DNA of 64,000 nt from Chloroflexota bacterium (GTDB lineage Bacteria > Chloroflexota > UBA11872 > VXOZ01), in the NCBI GenBank assembly GCA_964291655.2, contig OZ219801.1:480001-544000 (forward strand), read 5' to 3'. The position numbers and the translations under genes are program-made. Numbering within the stretch: position 1 is the stretch's first letter; every line of letters starts with the position of its first letter. Of this stretch, positions 28,860-38,372 are shown in pieces. Below the pieces are notes generated by a model. That model saw nothing but the letters and a program-made list of their open reading frames with translations, ran no database searches and was not told the DNA's origin.

Positions 28860-29618
28860 ATGAGTACAGCAGATACCAGCGCGCAACCTGGAGCCAAAGC
28901 TGCCGGCCTGGCCATCATGGCGGGTATGGTTCTGACTCTCGTCGCATCACTGTTGTTTCCCGGGGGACCGATTATCGATTCCGTGGATCAAACGGACTTT
29001 CCGGCCGCCGCCGCCGCATTGGCTGCCAATCCTATTCTGGCGCATGCGATGACTCTTTTGGTGATCGTCGGCATGTTACTTTACAGCTATGGTTTCATTG
29101 AGCTATTGCGCCTTCGGGGGCAGGGAGCAGGTTTTGGGGTCTCGGTTCTGCGGTTTGGTCTAGTGACGAGCCTGTTCAGTTGGGGCGTATTCATCGTTGG
29201 TTTTGGCGTGAGGCATAGCGCTATATACCTCATGCAACAGGGCGTGAACGCCGGAGAAGGCACGGAACTGCAAGCAGAATTCGCAACCCTTGCCGTGTCC
29301 AGCCATATCACCATGATGGGAGTGCTGCTGGCATTTATGGTCGTAAATCCAATTGGGTCCGCTCTGGTTGGGTTTGGCCTCGCGGCGAGGTTTAGCAGCA
29401 TGAATATCTATAAGCTGGCCTCCTACGGGCTGGTAGTCATCGGACTAGCTGGCTTCATAAACATGGCACTAGCGCTGCTTCTCTCCGATCCGGACGTCGT
29501 GCTGCATCTCACGGTCAGCCAGCTCTTGCTGCTTGTTGGATCGGTCTGCCTATTTGTCATAGGCGCGGGATTGTACGGAGGCCAAAGCGAACTCGTTGCA
29601 GAAGGTTCCCCGAGTTAA
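28860..29618 (+). CDS. Multi-pass membrane protein of unknown function
   Basis: About 6 hydrophobic helices, GAGG RBS, divergent from the MMPL gene. Confidence 0.8.
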   Translation: MSTADTSAQPGAKAAGLAIMAGMVLTLVASLLFPGGPIIDSVDQTDFPAAAAALAANPILAHAMTLLVIVGMLLYSYGFIELLRLRGQGAGFGVSVLRFGLVTSLFSWGVFIVGFGVRHSAIYLMQQGVNAGEGTELQAEFATLAVSSHITMMGVLLAFMVVNPIGSALVGFGLAARFSSMNIYKLASYGLVVIGLAGFINMALALLLSDPDVVLHLTVSQLLLLVGSVCLFVIGAGLYGGQSELVAEGSPS

Positions 29619-29672
29619 ATTCGGTCGCCTCTCCGATTCAGCCGTATGCGCTTGCCAACAGAATCCGGTCTT

Positions 29673-29707
29673 GAATGCGGGCACCCTAGGGTGCCCGCAT
29701 TCTTTTT
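29673..29707 (+). terminator. Intrinsic terminator
   Basis: Perfect 30-bp palindrome GAATGCGGGCACCCTAGGGTGCCCGCATTC followed by TTTTT. Confidence 0.8.
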
Positions 29708-30109
29708 GGAGCACAGCTCCCACTGCAGTGGCCGCTGTACGGTACAATTCAATCCACCTTGCTCCCGAGATTCTACTTGATGGCGCCTGTTGCCTACCAA
29801 CACATGCGAGTGATTCTGTCGCTTCCGCGGCATCTGCCAATTCCTTTGGCACGTCCGCTTAGCGATTCTGTGAAGTGATGTGCCGGCTGCCTCCTGTGAG
29901 AATTGTCAGTCTGAGAGCATACGGACAGACAAACCTGCTCATCTGCCCTCAGGCTCCAATGAGATCGGTCCCACCACTGCTGGCAGGCCAGTTAGACCCA
30001 CCACTCCCACAGGAGACCATTGTAAAACCCTAGCGGAAGCGAGCGAGTTCCCTCTCCCGGACGCTGCTGAGTGAGGGTCCATTGAATCGAGTCTCTACGC
30101 AGCAAAGCT

Positions 30110-30145
30110 AGACCCCGCGCCGGGTGGTGGTTTAGCGCGGGGTCT
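30110..30145. terminator. GC-rich hairpin, possible terminator
   Basis: AGACCCCGCGC-14 nt-GCGCGGGGTCT, weak U tail. Confidence 0.45.
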
Positions 30146-30364
30146 TGGGGATAGTGGATTGGGCGGAATGCTAAGTTAGTGATGCATCAGACATCCGTAA
30201 TGAGCGTTCATCCAAACGATCTCGGCGGCTGTCTTCGTGGTTCGACTTCCAGTTAAAGGCAGTACCTCGTCTGCGTCGATCCACTGCATGCCCAGACAGC
30301 ACAATTCGCATGGTTCTTTTCTATCAACACTTCATACAATTCATACTATCATTACAGTGTCCCA

Positions 30365-30394
30365 ATTGTAGCATAGGTGTGTTATCCGTGCCAA
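30365..30394 (-). promoter_or_regulatory. Putative sigma70 promoter
   Basis: Minus strand TTGGCA-18 nt-(TGc)TACAAT. Confidence 0.4.
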
Positions 30395-30661
30395 GTCGAC
30401 TCTCCACTCGTGGATAGAGGCTGTCATTTGAACTACTATAATCATACCTGAGCTTGAGTCAACTTGAGGGCCGTTGTGGTACTTACAACTATGAAATCGC
30501 GGTGCAACAGACCTGGAATGCTTGAGCCGTAGACTGGAAACGCGATAATCGCTACCATAGCGTGGAATGTGTGCTGGGACATAGTTGAATTGCATAGAGC
30601 TGTTCAGTCTCTGTTAAAGATTGCGGCGGGTAGGCTTGCTCAACAAACGCGAGATTCGTAA

Positions 30662-31381
30662 TTGGACGATTCAACTAGGAATGTGCCAATGACTGCGGCT
30701 GGGCTGCTTGGCGCATTGGCAACTGCATCCTGCGGCGCGTACGGTGTCACCGTGGACCAGACCATAGTCTTCTGGAATGGCGCAGCAGAACGAATATTGG
30801 GCCATACATCCCGCGAAGTACTCGGTCGCCGATGCAACGAGGTCGTTGATGGACTGGCTCAGGGCGCCCTAACTCCGCAGTGCTTGAAGGGGTGTCCCTC
30901 AATTCGCTATTTGCGGTCCGGCTTGGTGCCCGCCACCTCGCGGCTGCGGGTGCTTTGCTCCACCGGCGAGCGCAAGTGGGTCAATGTAACGCCGATGGTG
31001 GTGGCCGGCATTCTCAAAGACGCGCCCCTGCTAGTCCACCTCTTCAATGAAGAAGGAGAAGCGGAAGAATTCACAGAGTCTCACGAAACACTGCGGAAAT
31101 CGCTGATAGCGGGTGGTGCTGACATCCTTTCGTACAATCCTCCCAACCCCGATCCTCCCCCATTGGCGCAAACTCTGACAAAACGCGAGCAAGAAGTGCT
31201 GCGCTTGGTCGCGCTTGGCTGGGACACGACAAGAATTGCCGGAGAGCTGGGAATTAGCCGGCACACGGTGCGCAACCACATCCGCAATCTGCGGCAGAAA
31301 CTCAAGGCAACCTCCAAGCTGGAAGCGGTGGTCACCGGCATTCGCCTCGGCATCCTGCCAGTCTGCGAACTTTCGCCATAA
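30662..31381 (+). CDS. PAS-domain LuxR-family transcriptional regulator
   Basis: IVFWNGAAERILG..EVLGRRC (PAS). LTKREQEVLRLVALG...LGISRHTVRNHIRN (LuxR HTH). Confidence 0.92.
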   Translation: MDDSTRNVPMTAAGLLGALATASCGAYGVTVDQTIVFWNGAAERILGHTSREVLGRRCNEVVDGLAQGALTPQCLKGCPSIRYLRSGLVPATSRLRVLCSTGERKWVNVTPMVVAGILKDAPLLVHLFNEEGEAEEFTESHETLRKSLIAGGADILSYNPPNPDPPPLAQTLTKREQEVLRLVALGWDTTRIAGELGISRHTVRNHIRNLRQKLKATSKLEAVVTGIRLGILPVCELSP

Positions 31382-31382
31382 T

Positions 31383-31448
31383 GGGCGCGGGCTATCACCC
31401 TTGAGGGCACAGGCTATCGCCCTTGAGGGCGCGGACTATCGCTCAAGG
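31383..31448 (+). repeat. 3x 22-bp degenerate tandem repeat
   Basis: gggcgcgggctatcacccttga / gggcacaggctatcgcccttga / gggcgcggactatcgctcaagg. Confidence 0.7.
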
Positions 31449-31535
31449 GGACTTCGACTTCCGCAGAGAACTCAAGCCTCCAGAGACCTTTGCGTAACCC
31501 CGGCCGGATGCGCAAGAAATACTCCCTCTCCTTGG

Positions 31536-33179
31536 GAGGGTGTCTCAAAAATAGATCTACTGGATATATACTGGTGTGAAGAGAAGCAAGGTGAGGTGGT
31601 GGGATAGTTTGTAGAGAGGTAGTGACGATGCCGTTGAGACCGTTTAGTCGTGAACAGGCCTGGCTGTTGCCGCCGACGCTGGACGAACTGATCCCGGACG
31701 ACCATCCTGTCAGGTTTGCGGCAGCGTTCGTGGACAGCCTCGATGCTGCGGCCTGGGAGGCGATGGAGATTGACCTGCAAGGCGATCCGCGTGGCGCCGG
31801 GGCCTACCATCCGCGCGCGCTGCTGGGCGTATGGGTCTACGGCTTCATGACCGGCGTGCGCTCGAGCCGCAAGCTGGAGGCAGCCTGCCGGGATCAGGTA
31901 CCGTACCTGTGGCTGGTGGGGATGCAGCAGCCGGACCACAACACGCTGTGGCGCTTCTACAAGGCGCACCGCGACCGGATGCGGATGCTGCTCAAGCGCA
32001 CGGTGCGCACGGCGGTGCGAGCCGGCCTGGTGGAGTTGGCAATCCAGGCGGTGGACGGCACCAGGATCGCGGCCAACGCCGGGACGCGGCATACCCACGA
32101 CGCGCAGGGGCTGCAGCGGCTGTTGTCCCGCACCGAGCAAGCGATCGCGGACCTGGAGGCGCAGAACGCCACGGGGGGCGACGCGCCGCCAGCGACTTTG
32201 CCGCAGGAACTTGCCGATGCCCAGGCCCTGCGGCGGCGGGTGGACGACGCGCTCGCCCGCGTCGCGGCTGAGGACGGGCCGCGCTACACGAACCTGACTG
32301 ATGCGGACGCGGCCCTGCTCAAGACTGGCATGGGTGGCTTCATCACCGGCTACAACGCCCAGGCGCTGGTCTCCCCTCTTGCGTCCCCGGACGAGGGCGC
32401 AGGGGGGAGGTTGATCACAGCCGTGGACGTGAGCGCCAGTGCCGACGACCATCCCCACCTGGCGCCGCTGATCGAGGCGGCGCAGGAGAACATCGACGCC
32501 GCGCGGGACGTGGTGACCGTTGCGGACGCCGGCTACCATTCGGGGGCCAACCTCGCCACGTGCCACGCCGGCGGCCACACGGTATTGATGCCCACGACCC
32601 ACGAGCGCAGACGCCGCAACCCCTACCATAAAGACCACTTCACCTACCGTCCAGAGACCGACACCTACCTGTGTCCCCAGCAAAAGGTGCTCACCTACAC
32701 GCACCGCTTGACCCACAGCAACGGCTACCGGGTCAAGCGGTACCAAGCCAACGGCCGGGACTGCAGAACCTGTCCGGCCTTCGGCGTCTGCACCTCCTCC
32801 CAGAGGGGCCGCTCCATAAAGATCAGCGCCTACGAGCCAATACTGCAACGGCACAGGCAGTTGATGGCCACCGCGCCTGCCAAGCAGGTGTACCGCCGCC
32901 GGAGTACCATCGTCGAGCCGGTCTTTGGCCTGCTCAAGGAGTGGCACAGTGCCAGGCGCTTCCTGCTCAGAGGCCGCAGCCACGTGACGTCCGAATGGCA
33001 CCTGCTGGCCACCGCGTTCAATCTCAAGAGCCTCCACGCCCTGTGGCGGTCTGGGTGTAGTCCAGCGTCGCCCCGGGGACGAGTCTCTCACTGGCACCGT
33101 CTTGTTCATACCACCCGCCATCTGTCTGTCCTTCTCACCCCATTCACCGTGCCCCGCACCAAAATATTGAGACAGCCTC
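31536..33179 (+). mobile_element. IS1182-family insertion sequence
   Basis: Terminal IRs GAGGGTGTCTCAA / TTGAGACAGCCTC. 4-bp target duplication TTGG (31532-31535, 33180-33183). Higher GC than flanks. Confidence 0.93.
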
Positions 33180-33448
33180 TTGGGGAGAGGGCTGGGGTGA
33201 GGGGAATTCTGCTTAACCCAACCGTCTGCCAGCAAGACCGATACGCAAGAGTGCAACAACGGGATAAGAGCTCCCAGGTTGCGGTATATACCCCCCTCAC
33301 CCCCGTATCGAGTACGGGGCAGGCTCTAACCCTCTGCCGGCGGGAGAGGGGAATTTTCCGTCCCGGCAAGGGTTGTGCAATGGTCTCCTTCGGGATAGCG
33401 GTATTGCCAATGCTTGTAAAAGCCTGCCGTCCCCCCAGATGTGACTAG
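31622..33448 (+). CDS. IS1182-family DDE transposase (reading frame runs past the right IR)
   Basis: LLPPTLDELIPDDHPVR, SSRKLE, PDHNTL, AVDGTRIAANA, ADAGY, YRRRSTIVEPVFG, AFNLK. Confidence 0.95.
   Translation: MTMPLRPFSREQAWLLPPTLDELIPDDHPVRFAAAFVDSLDAAAWEAMEIDLQGDPRGAGAYHPRALLGVWVYGFMTGVRSSRKLEAACRDQVPYLWLVGMQQPDHNTLWRFYKAHRDRMRMLLKRTVRTAVRAGLVELAIQAVDGTRIAANAGTRHTHDAQGLQRLLSRTEQAIADLEAQNATGGDAPPATLPQELADAQALRRRVDDALARVAAEDGPRYTNLTDADAALLKTGMGGFITGYNAQALVSPLASPDEGAGGRLITAVDVSASADDHPHLAPLIEAAQENIDAARDVVTVADAGYHSGANLATCHAGGHTVLMPTTHERRRRNPYHKDHFTYRPETDTYLCPQQKVLTYTHRLTHSNGYRVKRYQANGRDCRTCPAFGVCTSSQRGRSIKISAYEPILQRHRQLMATAPAKQVYRRRSTIVEPVFGLLKEWHSARRFLLRGRSHVTSEWHLLATAFNLKSLHALWRSGCSPASPRGRVSHWHRLVHTTRHLSVLLTPFTVPRTKILRQPLGERAGVRGILLNPTVCQQDRYARVQQRDKSSQVAVYTPLTPVSSTGQALTLCRRERGIFRPGKGCAMVSFGIAVLPMLVKACRPPRCD
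33184..33351. repeat. Inverted REP pair (CCCTCTCC/GGAGAGGG family) with a nested palindromic element
   Basis: GGAGAGGGCTGGGGTGAGGGG at 33184-33204 and inverse CCCCTCACCCC...TAACCCTCTGCCGGCGGGAGAGGG at 33291-33351, interrupted by CCCCGTATCGAGTACGGGGCAGGCTC. Confidence 0.75.
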
Positions 33449-34064
33449 ATAGTTGGCCGTGCTGCAACCGCCGGCAGTATACGGCAGAGTTTTCGCGACT
33501 GATTCGGCAATGGCGTACATTTCGACTTCATGGCCTAATTCCTATGTTTGCCCGGAGTGAGCCGCATCCTCCCCATTCACATCTCGGCGCATGTCAGGAA
33601 GACTACCGGTTTGCGCGAGTAGACCTTGCAAGCATCTCAGCACACTTCACCGTGAAAACGCACTGCACTCACCGACCTGAATGCTGCCGTCCTTTCACTC
33701 ACCCCCATAAGTTGTGGCATAATGCTGGTGCAAACAACCCAGGAGATTTAATCGGGTTACATGATTTGCCGGCAGGCGAGCCCGCAGACCGGCTTCCGGA
33801 CTCAAGAAACCGCAAGCTTCCCTAGATTACTTTCAAGGCCGTGGGTGAAATGGTGCACACTTTTCAGTACGATACGGCAGGAACCGCACGTTTACGTCTG
33901 CCGCCAACTATTGTTTGGGGAATTGCCATCCCGGAATCAAGACAGACGCATTCGGAATAGAGGCAAGGCGGGCTTGTAGGGTAGGACTCTTAGTCCCAGG
34001 CGCCATGTAACTCAAGCACCTGGTTCATACTCGTCACGACTATCAAGAGCAAGGTCACTCGACA

Positions 34065-34871
34065 ATGGATACGATCACACAACTCGCCCAGCGTATAGCG
34101 AACGCGCGCGCTTTTGAATTCGTGATAGTCGCCATTATCATCTTCAATGCCCTCTTGCTAGGCCTTGGTACCTCGCCTACGCTCGACCAGCAGTATGGCG
34201 ACTGGATGCAACTCGCGTATCAGATGATTTTGGCCATTTTTGTCTTGGAAGCGCTGATCAAAATGGCAGCATCTACGCCGCGTGTTGGCGGGTACTTTCG
34301 AGACGGCTGGAACGTCTTCGACTTCTTGGTCATTGTAGTGGCCTTGATTCCGTTCACCGGTCAGTTCGCTACTATCGCCCGGCTCGCCCGACTGCTGCGC
34401 GTAATGCGGCTCGTGTCGACTATCAAAGATTTGCGCGTGATCGTTACTGCGCTAGTCAACTCTATTCCAAGCGTCGGACATGTCATTATGCTGATGGGCA
34501 TTATCGTATATATATACGCCATCATTGGGATTAATCTGTTCAGTGAGCATGATCCGGAGCACTGGCGCAACGTCGGGTATGCCGTCCTTACCCTCTTCAA
34601 TATCATTACCTTCGATGGCTGGACCGATGTCATGTTTACCGCAATGGACCTCAATCCTCTGGCATGGGTCTATTTTGTCAGTTTTGTGGTGGTCGGCACC
34701 TTCGTCGTGATTAACCTGTTCATCGCCATCCTCATCGATAAGATTGGTGATGCAAAGCTGGAGCGAATTCTTGATCAAGAGAAACCTGTGACCAAGGAAG
34801 AGCTCTTGGAGGAACTCCGGGCCACCAAGGAAACGCTGCAAAGGCTCGAAGAGCGGATACAGGACGAATAG
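34065..34871 (+). CDS. Voltage-gated cation channel, BacNav/Ion_trans family
   Basis: YFRDGWNVFDF. S4 RLARLLRVMRLVS. Pore filter TFDGWTD. S6 VINLFIAILID. C-terminal coiled coil. Confidence 0.93.
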   Translation: MDTITQLAQRIANARAFEFVIVAIIIFNALLLGLGTSPTLDQQYGDWMQLAYQMILAIFVLEALIKMAASTPRVGGYFRDGWNVFDFLVIVVALIPFTGQFATIARLARLLRVMRLVSTIKDLRVIVTALVNSIPSVGHVIMLMGIIVYIYAIIGINLFSEHDPEHWRNVGYAVLTLFNIITFDGWTDVMFTAMDLNPLAWVYFVSFVVVGTFVVINLFIAILIDKIGDAKLERILDQEKPVTKEELLEELRATKETLQRLEERIQDE

Positions 34872-35201
34872 GCCGGCGCCGGGGGCTTCCGCCTCCAGCC
34901 GGACTACGGGCTAGACTCAATTCGGTAGCATGCCGGCGCTTTCTGGGTTCGTTAGCGTGTTGGTATACGCCACACCCGTCGATTGCTACGGGTCCAGAGG
35001 CAAGACGCCTTCCGGGCAGTTCCTGTGCACGCTGTCTACATAGAGGCCCGGCTGCCGGCACGCAAGAGTCCTCGGTGCACCATTGGGAAGCAAAGTCCCT
35101 GTTTGCAGTGGAAATGGCCATATCCTGTCATCACTGAGTTGTATAATGGCTTGTATCACTGTCAAAGAGAGTTTGGGAGGCAACTCCAAATAGCTTCCAC
35201 C

Positions 35202-36929
35202 GTGTCCCAGAATCCCCGTTACGAGGCGCATGAGAACCCGCCCTTCTTGGCAAGTGTAGGGTATGGGTTTCAGTTTAGTCTGCTTGCGTCCGCCACTCTC
35301 CTGGTAACTCCCGTTATCGTGGCTAAGGCCTCCGGTCGAGACGACTCCTACCTCATCTGGATGGTCTTTGCTTCCCTGATCGTGGTGGGCATCACGACGC
35401 TCTTGCAGGTTCGCCGCGTTGGCCCGGTCGGGGGTGGGGCCGTGCTGCCAATGTTCACGGCGGCCTTCTCCATCCCGTTCTGCATTACGGCGGTGGTCGA
35501 TGGCGGGCCCGCGACATTGGGCATGTTGGTCATTGCCTCCGGCATCTGCCAGCTCATCATCTCGAAGTGGCTCTTTATCCTGCGGCGCATGGTTACGCCT
35601 ACAGTCGGTGGCACGGTGATGATGATCCTCTCCGTTACGTTGGCATCGGTTGTCTTTGCTCTGCTGGACGAAGCATCGACTGCCGAACCAACGTCCGCGA
35701 CCGTGACCGCGCTGGTAACGCTCCTTGTCGTTTCCGTGCTCACCTTCCGCGGCAATCCCGTGCTGCGCCTGTGGGCGGCTCCCATTAGCATTGTCGTCGG
35801 CTGCCTCGTTGCCGCCGTTTACGGCACGTACGAGTTTGAACGGGTGCTGCAGGCGCCGTGGCTAGGCCTGCCTTCTGAAGTGCCGGACCTCACGCCCAAT
35901 TTCGGCATCCCGTTCTGGACGATACTGCCGTCATTCGTTTTTCTGGGCATCATCATTTCAATCCAAGCCAACGGAGAATCCATCGCTCTTCAACGTGTTT
36001 CAAGCCGCGAGCCCAAAGCCATCGATTTTCGCCAGGTGCAGGGCACACTGGCCGGTGGCGGCATCGGCAACATCCTCAGCGGCCTGGCGGGCGCGGTGCC
36101 CTTGATCATCCATCCGGGCACGGTGGCTTTCACCCAAGTGACCAGCGTTGCCGCCCGCCGGGTGGGGTATCTAATCGGACTCCTCTTCATTGTGATGGCC
36201 TTTGTGCCCAAACTCTCCGGTCTGCTCAGCACCATCCCCGGACCTGTGATGGCGGGCTATCTCACGCTGGTAACGGGCACGCTCTTCGTGGACGGCGCGC
36301 AACTGGTCATTCAGAGCGAACAGAACCGCCAGAAAGTCGTCGTGGCAGGGGTTGCCTTCTGGGTCGGCGCCGCCTTCCAATTCAAGCTGTTCGCCCTGCC
36401 GGAGCTGGGACCGGTGTGGGATACGCTGCTCAAGAGCGGCATTTCCACCGGCGGGTTCCTGGCCATTATCATGCTGCTCTTCTTGGAGTTTACCTCTCAC
36501 CGCAGCATGCGCTTCAGTTCCCCACTCAACATCGATGCGCTGCCGGACCTCAACGAGTTTATCACCGAATTCTCCAAGAGCAGAGGTTGGAACCAAGCTA
36601 TGACGGAACGCCTCATGGCAGTAGGGGAAGAAACTCTCCTCACCCTTGCACCGCTAGACCTGGAAGCCGAAGAAGAGGAGCACGACGATCGCCTGCTTGT
36701 CGTACTCGCTACCAGCGAAGGCCCCGTGGCAGACCTGGAATTCATCGGCGGCGGCGATGACGAAAACCTGGAAGACCGCATCCGCCAGCTTCAACAACAC
36801 GACTCCGAAACCCCCATCGAACAGGAACTCTCCCTCCGCCTCCTCCGCGGCTTCGCCGACTCCGTCCAGCACAAGCAATACCAGGACAACGACGTCATCA
36901 CCGTCCGCGTCACCGCGCCGGAGTCCTAG
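35202..36929 (+). CDS. NCS2 (uracil/xanthine) permease fused to a degenerate HATPase_c/RsbW-like domain
   Basis: ENPP, TTLLQV, TPTVGGTV, TSVAARRVG, IPGPVMAG. C-terminal LPDLNEF...AVGEETLL...LSLRLLRGFADSVQH. Start inferred at GTG 35202. Confidence 0.8.
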   Translation: MSQNPRYEAHENPPFLASVGYGFQFSLLASATLLVTPVIVAKASGRDDSYLIWMVFASLIVVGITTLLQVRRVGPVGGGAVLPMFTAAFSIPFCITAVVDGGPATLGMLVIASGICQLIISKWLFILRRMVTPTVGGTVMMILSVTLASVVFALLDEASTAEPTSATVTALVTLLVVSVLTFRGNPVLRLWAAPISIVVGCLVAAVYGTYEFERVLQAPWLGLPSEVPDLTPNFGIPFWTILPSFVFLGIIISIQANGESIALQRVSSREPKAIDFRQVQGTLAGGGIGNILSGLAGAVPLIIHPGTVAFTQVTSVAARRVGYLIGLLFIVMAFVPKLSGLLSTIPGPVMAGYLTLVTGTLFVDGAQLVIQSEQNRQKVVVAGVAFWVGAAFQFKLFALPELGPVWDTLLKSGISTGGFLAIIMLLFLEFTSHRSMRFSSPLNIDALPDLNEFITEFSKSRGWNQAMTERLMAVGEETLLTLAPLDLEAEEEEHDDRLLVVLATSEGPVADLEFIGGGDDENLEDRIRQLQQHDSETPIEQELSLRLLRGFADSVQHKQYQDNDVITVRVTAPES

Positions 36930-37408
36930 TCCGCACCGCAATGTGTCGAATCTCTACTAAGACTGCACCCCATGGCCGCGTTGCGCATACACAGTAAGGC
37001 GGGCACGTGCTATGTCACCGTCTGCGCTCGACGCCGGGCGTGCATTCTTGGTAACGTCATATAACGAAAGCCTGCACCTTAGCGAGGCCGAATGGCTGGC
37101 GCAAGCCGATTGGGAAGTGTTGCCACGGCACAATCCGCACGTTCGCTTGGTCTGTCACTTCCAATCATGTGCATGGCATCACGTTTCTGAGGTCGACCCT
37201 TTTGACTGGGTAACGGTGGGTTTGAAACCTGCCCATCAACATAGCCGCAGATTGCTAACCACCAGCCACAATAGCAAGGAGGCCCCGTAACCCAGACACC
37301 ATGGGGCATAGGAACCAGATCTTGACGCTCGCCCTTCACCTAGTCCCGTCCACAAACTATCCGGAGTCCTCTGGCTCGGCCATTTGCTGGCGCAATGGGA
37401 GGAATAAG

Positions 37409-37448
37409 TTGACCCCCGCAGACAATGGTGTGTACCATTTATACACAC
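37409..37448 (+). promoter_or_regulatory. vapBC promoter with overlapping operator
   Basis: TTGACC-18 nt-TACCAT. Inverted repeat GTGTGTA-7 nt-TACACAC across the -10. Confidence 0.6.
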
Positions 37449-37475
37449 AGTCGAATGCAAGAAAGAGGCCGGGCA

Positions 37476-37751
37476 ATGGCCAGAGTCCAGTTGATAATCC
37501 CCGATGAAGACCGTGACCGGTTCGTTCAGCAGGCGCGAAAGGAAGGCATGACCTTCAGCGCATGGCTGAGAGCCGCCGCTCGCGCCCGGCTCGAAGAACG
37601 ACAGCGTGTCGAGCGGTTCGAATCGCCGGAGGACCTGAAGCGGTTCTTCGCAGAGTGCTCCCAGCGTGAAGGTCCCGGCAGAGAACCGGATTGGGAAGAG
37701 CACCTCCGGACACTCCGCGAATCGATAACCGGCGGCCTCCCCGGCGTATGA
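37476..37751 (+). CDS. VapB-like RHH antitoxin
   Basis: MARVQLIIPDEDRDRF..ARKEGMTFSAWLR. ATGA overlap with the PIN toxin. Confidence 0.85.
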   Translation: MARVQLIIPDEDRDRFVQQARKEGMTFSAWLRAAARARLEERQRVERFESPEDLKRFFAECSQREGPGREPDWEEHLRTLRESITGGLPGV

Positions 37752-38149
37752 TCTTTGTAGACGCCAACGTCTTCATGTACGCGGTTGGGCGCTCGCACCC
37801 ACTGCAAGCTCACGCTCAGGAGTTCTTTGCAGACTCACTGCGCAATCACACGCCGCTCTTCACCTCGGCAGAGGTTTTCCAAGAGTTGATGCACGTCTAC
37901 CTGCGGGTCAACAGAACGCACACCTTGGACTCGGCGTTGGAGTTAGTGGACCGAGCCAGTGTCCAAGTATGGCCGCTGGAGGAAGCCGATCTCACTCTCG
38001 CCCGCCAACTCCATGACCGGCATCCCATCTTTAGCGACAGAGACTTGTGCCATCTCGCAAGCTGCCGGAGGCGAGGCGTGATTGAGATCATGACATTCGA
38101 CCAATCACTGGCTGCCGCCGGCTTGATACTGACCGGGAACCCTGAGTGA
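37748..38149 (+). CDS. vapC: VapC PIN-domain toxin
   Basis: MIFVDANVFMY, TSAEVFQEL, RDLCHLA, MTFD. Confidence 0.93.
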   Translation: MIFVDANVFMYAVGRSHPLQAHAQEFFADSLRNHTPLFTSAEVFQELMHVYLRVNRTHTLDSALELVDRASVQVWPLEEADLTLARQLHDRHPIFSDRDLCHLASCRRRGVIEIMTFDQSLAAAGLILTGNPE

Positions 38150-38205
38150 TTTCCGGCTTTGCTAAAGTTGTCGATCGGTTTCTACCTCTACCCCGCCTAC
38201 ATACC

Positions 38206-38352
38206 CTCCGGCCGTTGGCGGAAATCCGGGTTGATATTCTTCGCTGGGAGTGCGGGCGTCTCGCCCGCAGCCTGCGGCCGTTGGAGAAAACCCGGGCTGA
38301 TATACTGGATCTAGAGAAGGAAACCGGGGGTCTGCTAGGAGAGGTTGTAGGT
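38206..38352 (+). pseudogene. Probable remnant of a type I R-M hsdM 3' end, partly duplicated
   Basis: LRPLAEIRVDIL and LRPLEKTRADILDLEKETGGLLGEVV resemble the C-terminal helix of HsdM proteins (from recall). Confidence 0.5.
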
Positions 38353-38372
38353 GATGGAAGGAAGGGGCCGCC

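Noticed and set aside
31472-33259. 595-aa minus-strand ORF
   Set aside because: Antisense shadow of the GC-rich transposase; it crosses both IS ends.
33449-34064. Short ORFs between the IS and the channel gene
   Set aside because: No RBS or domain signal; likely non-coding or decayed.
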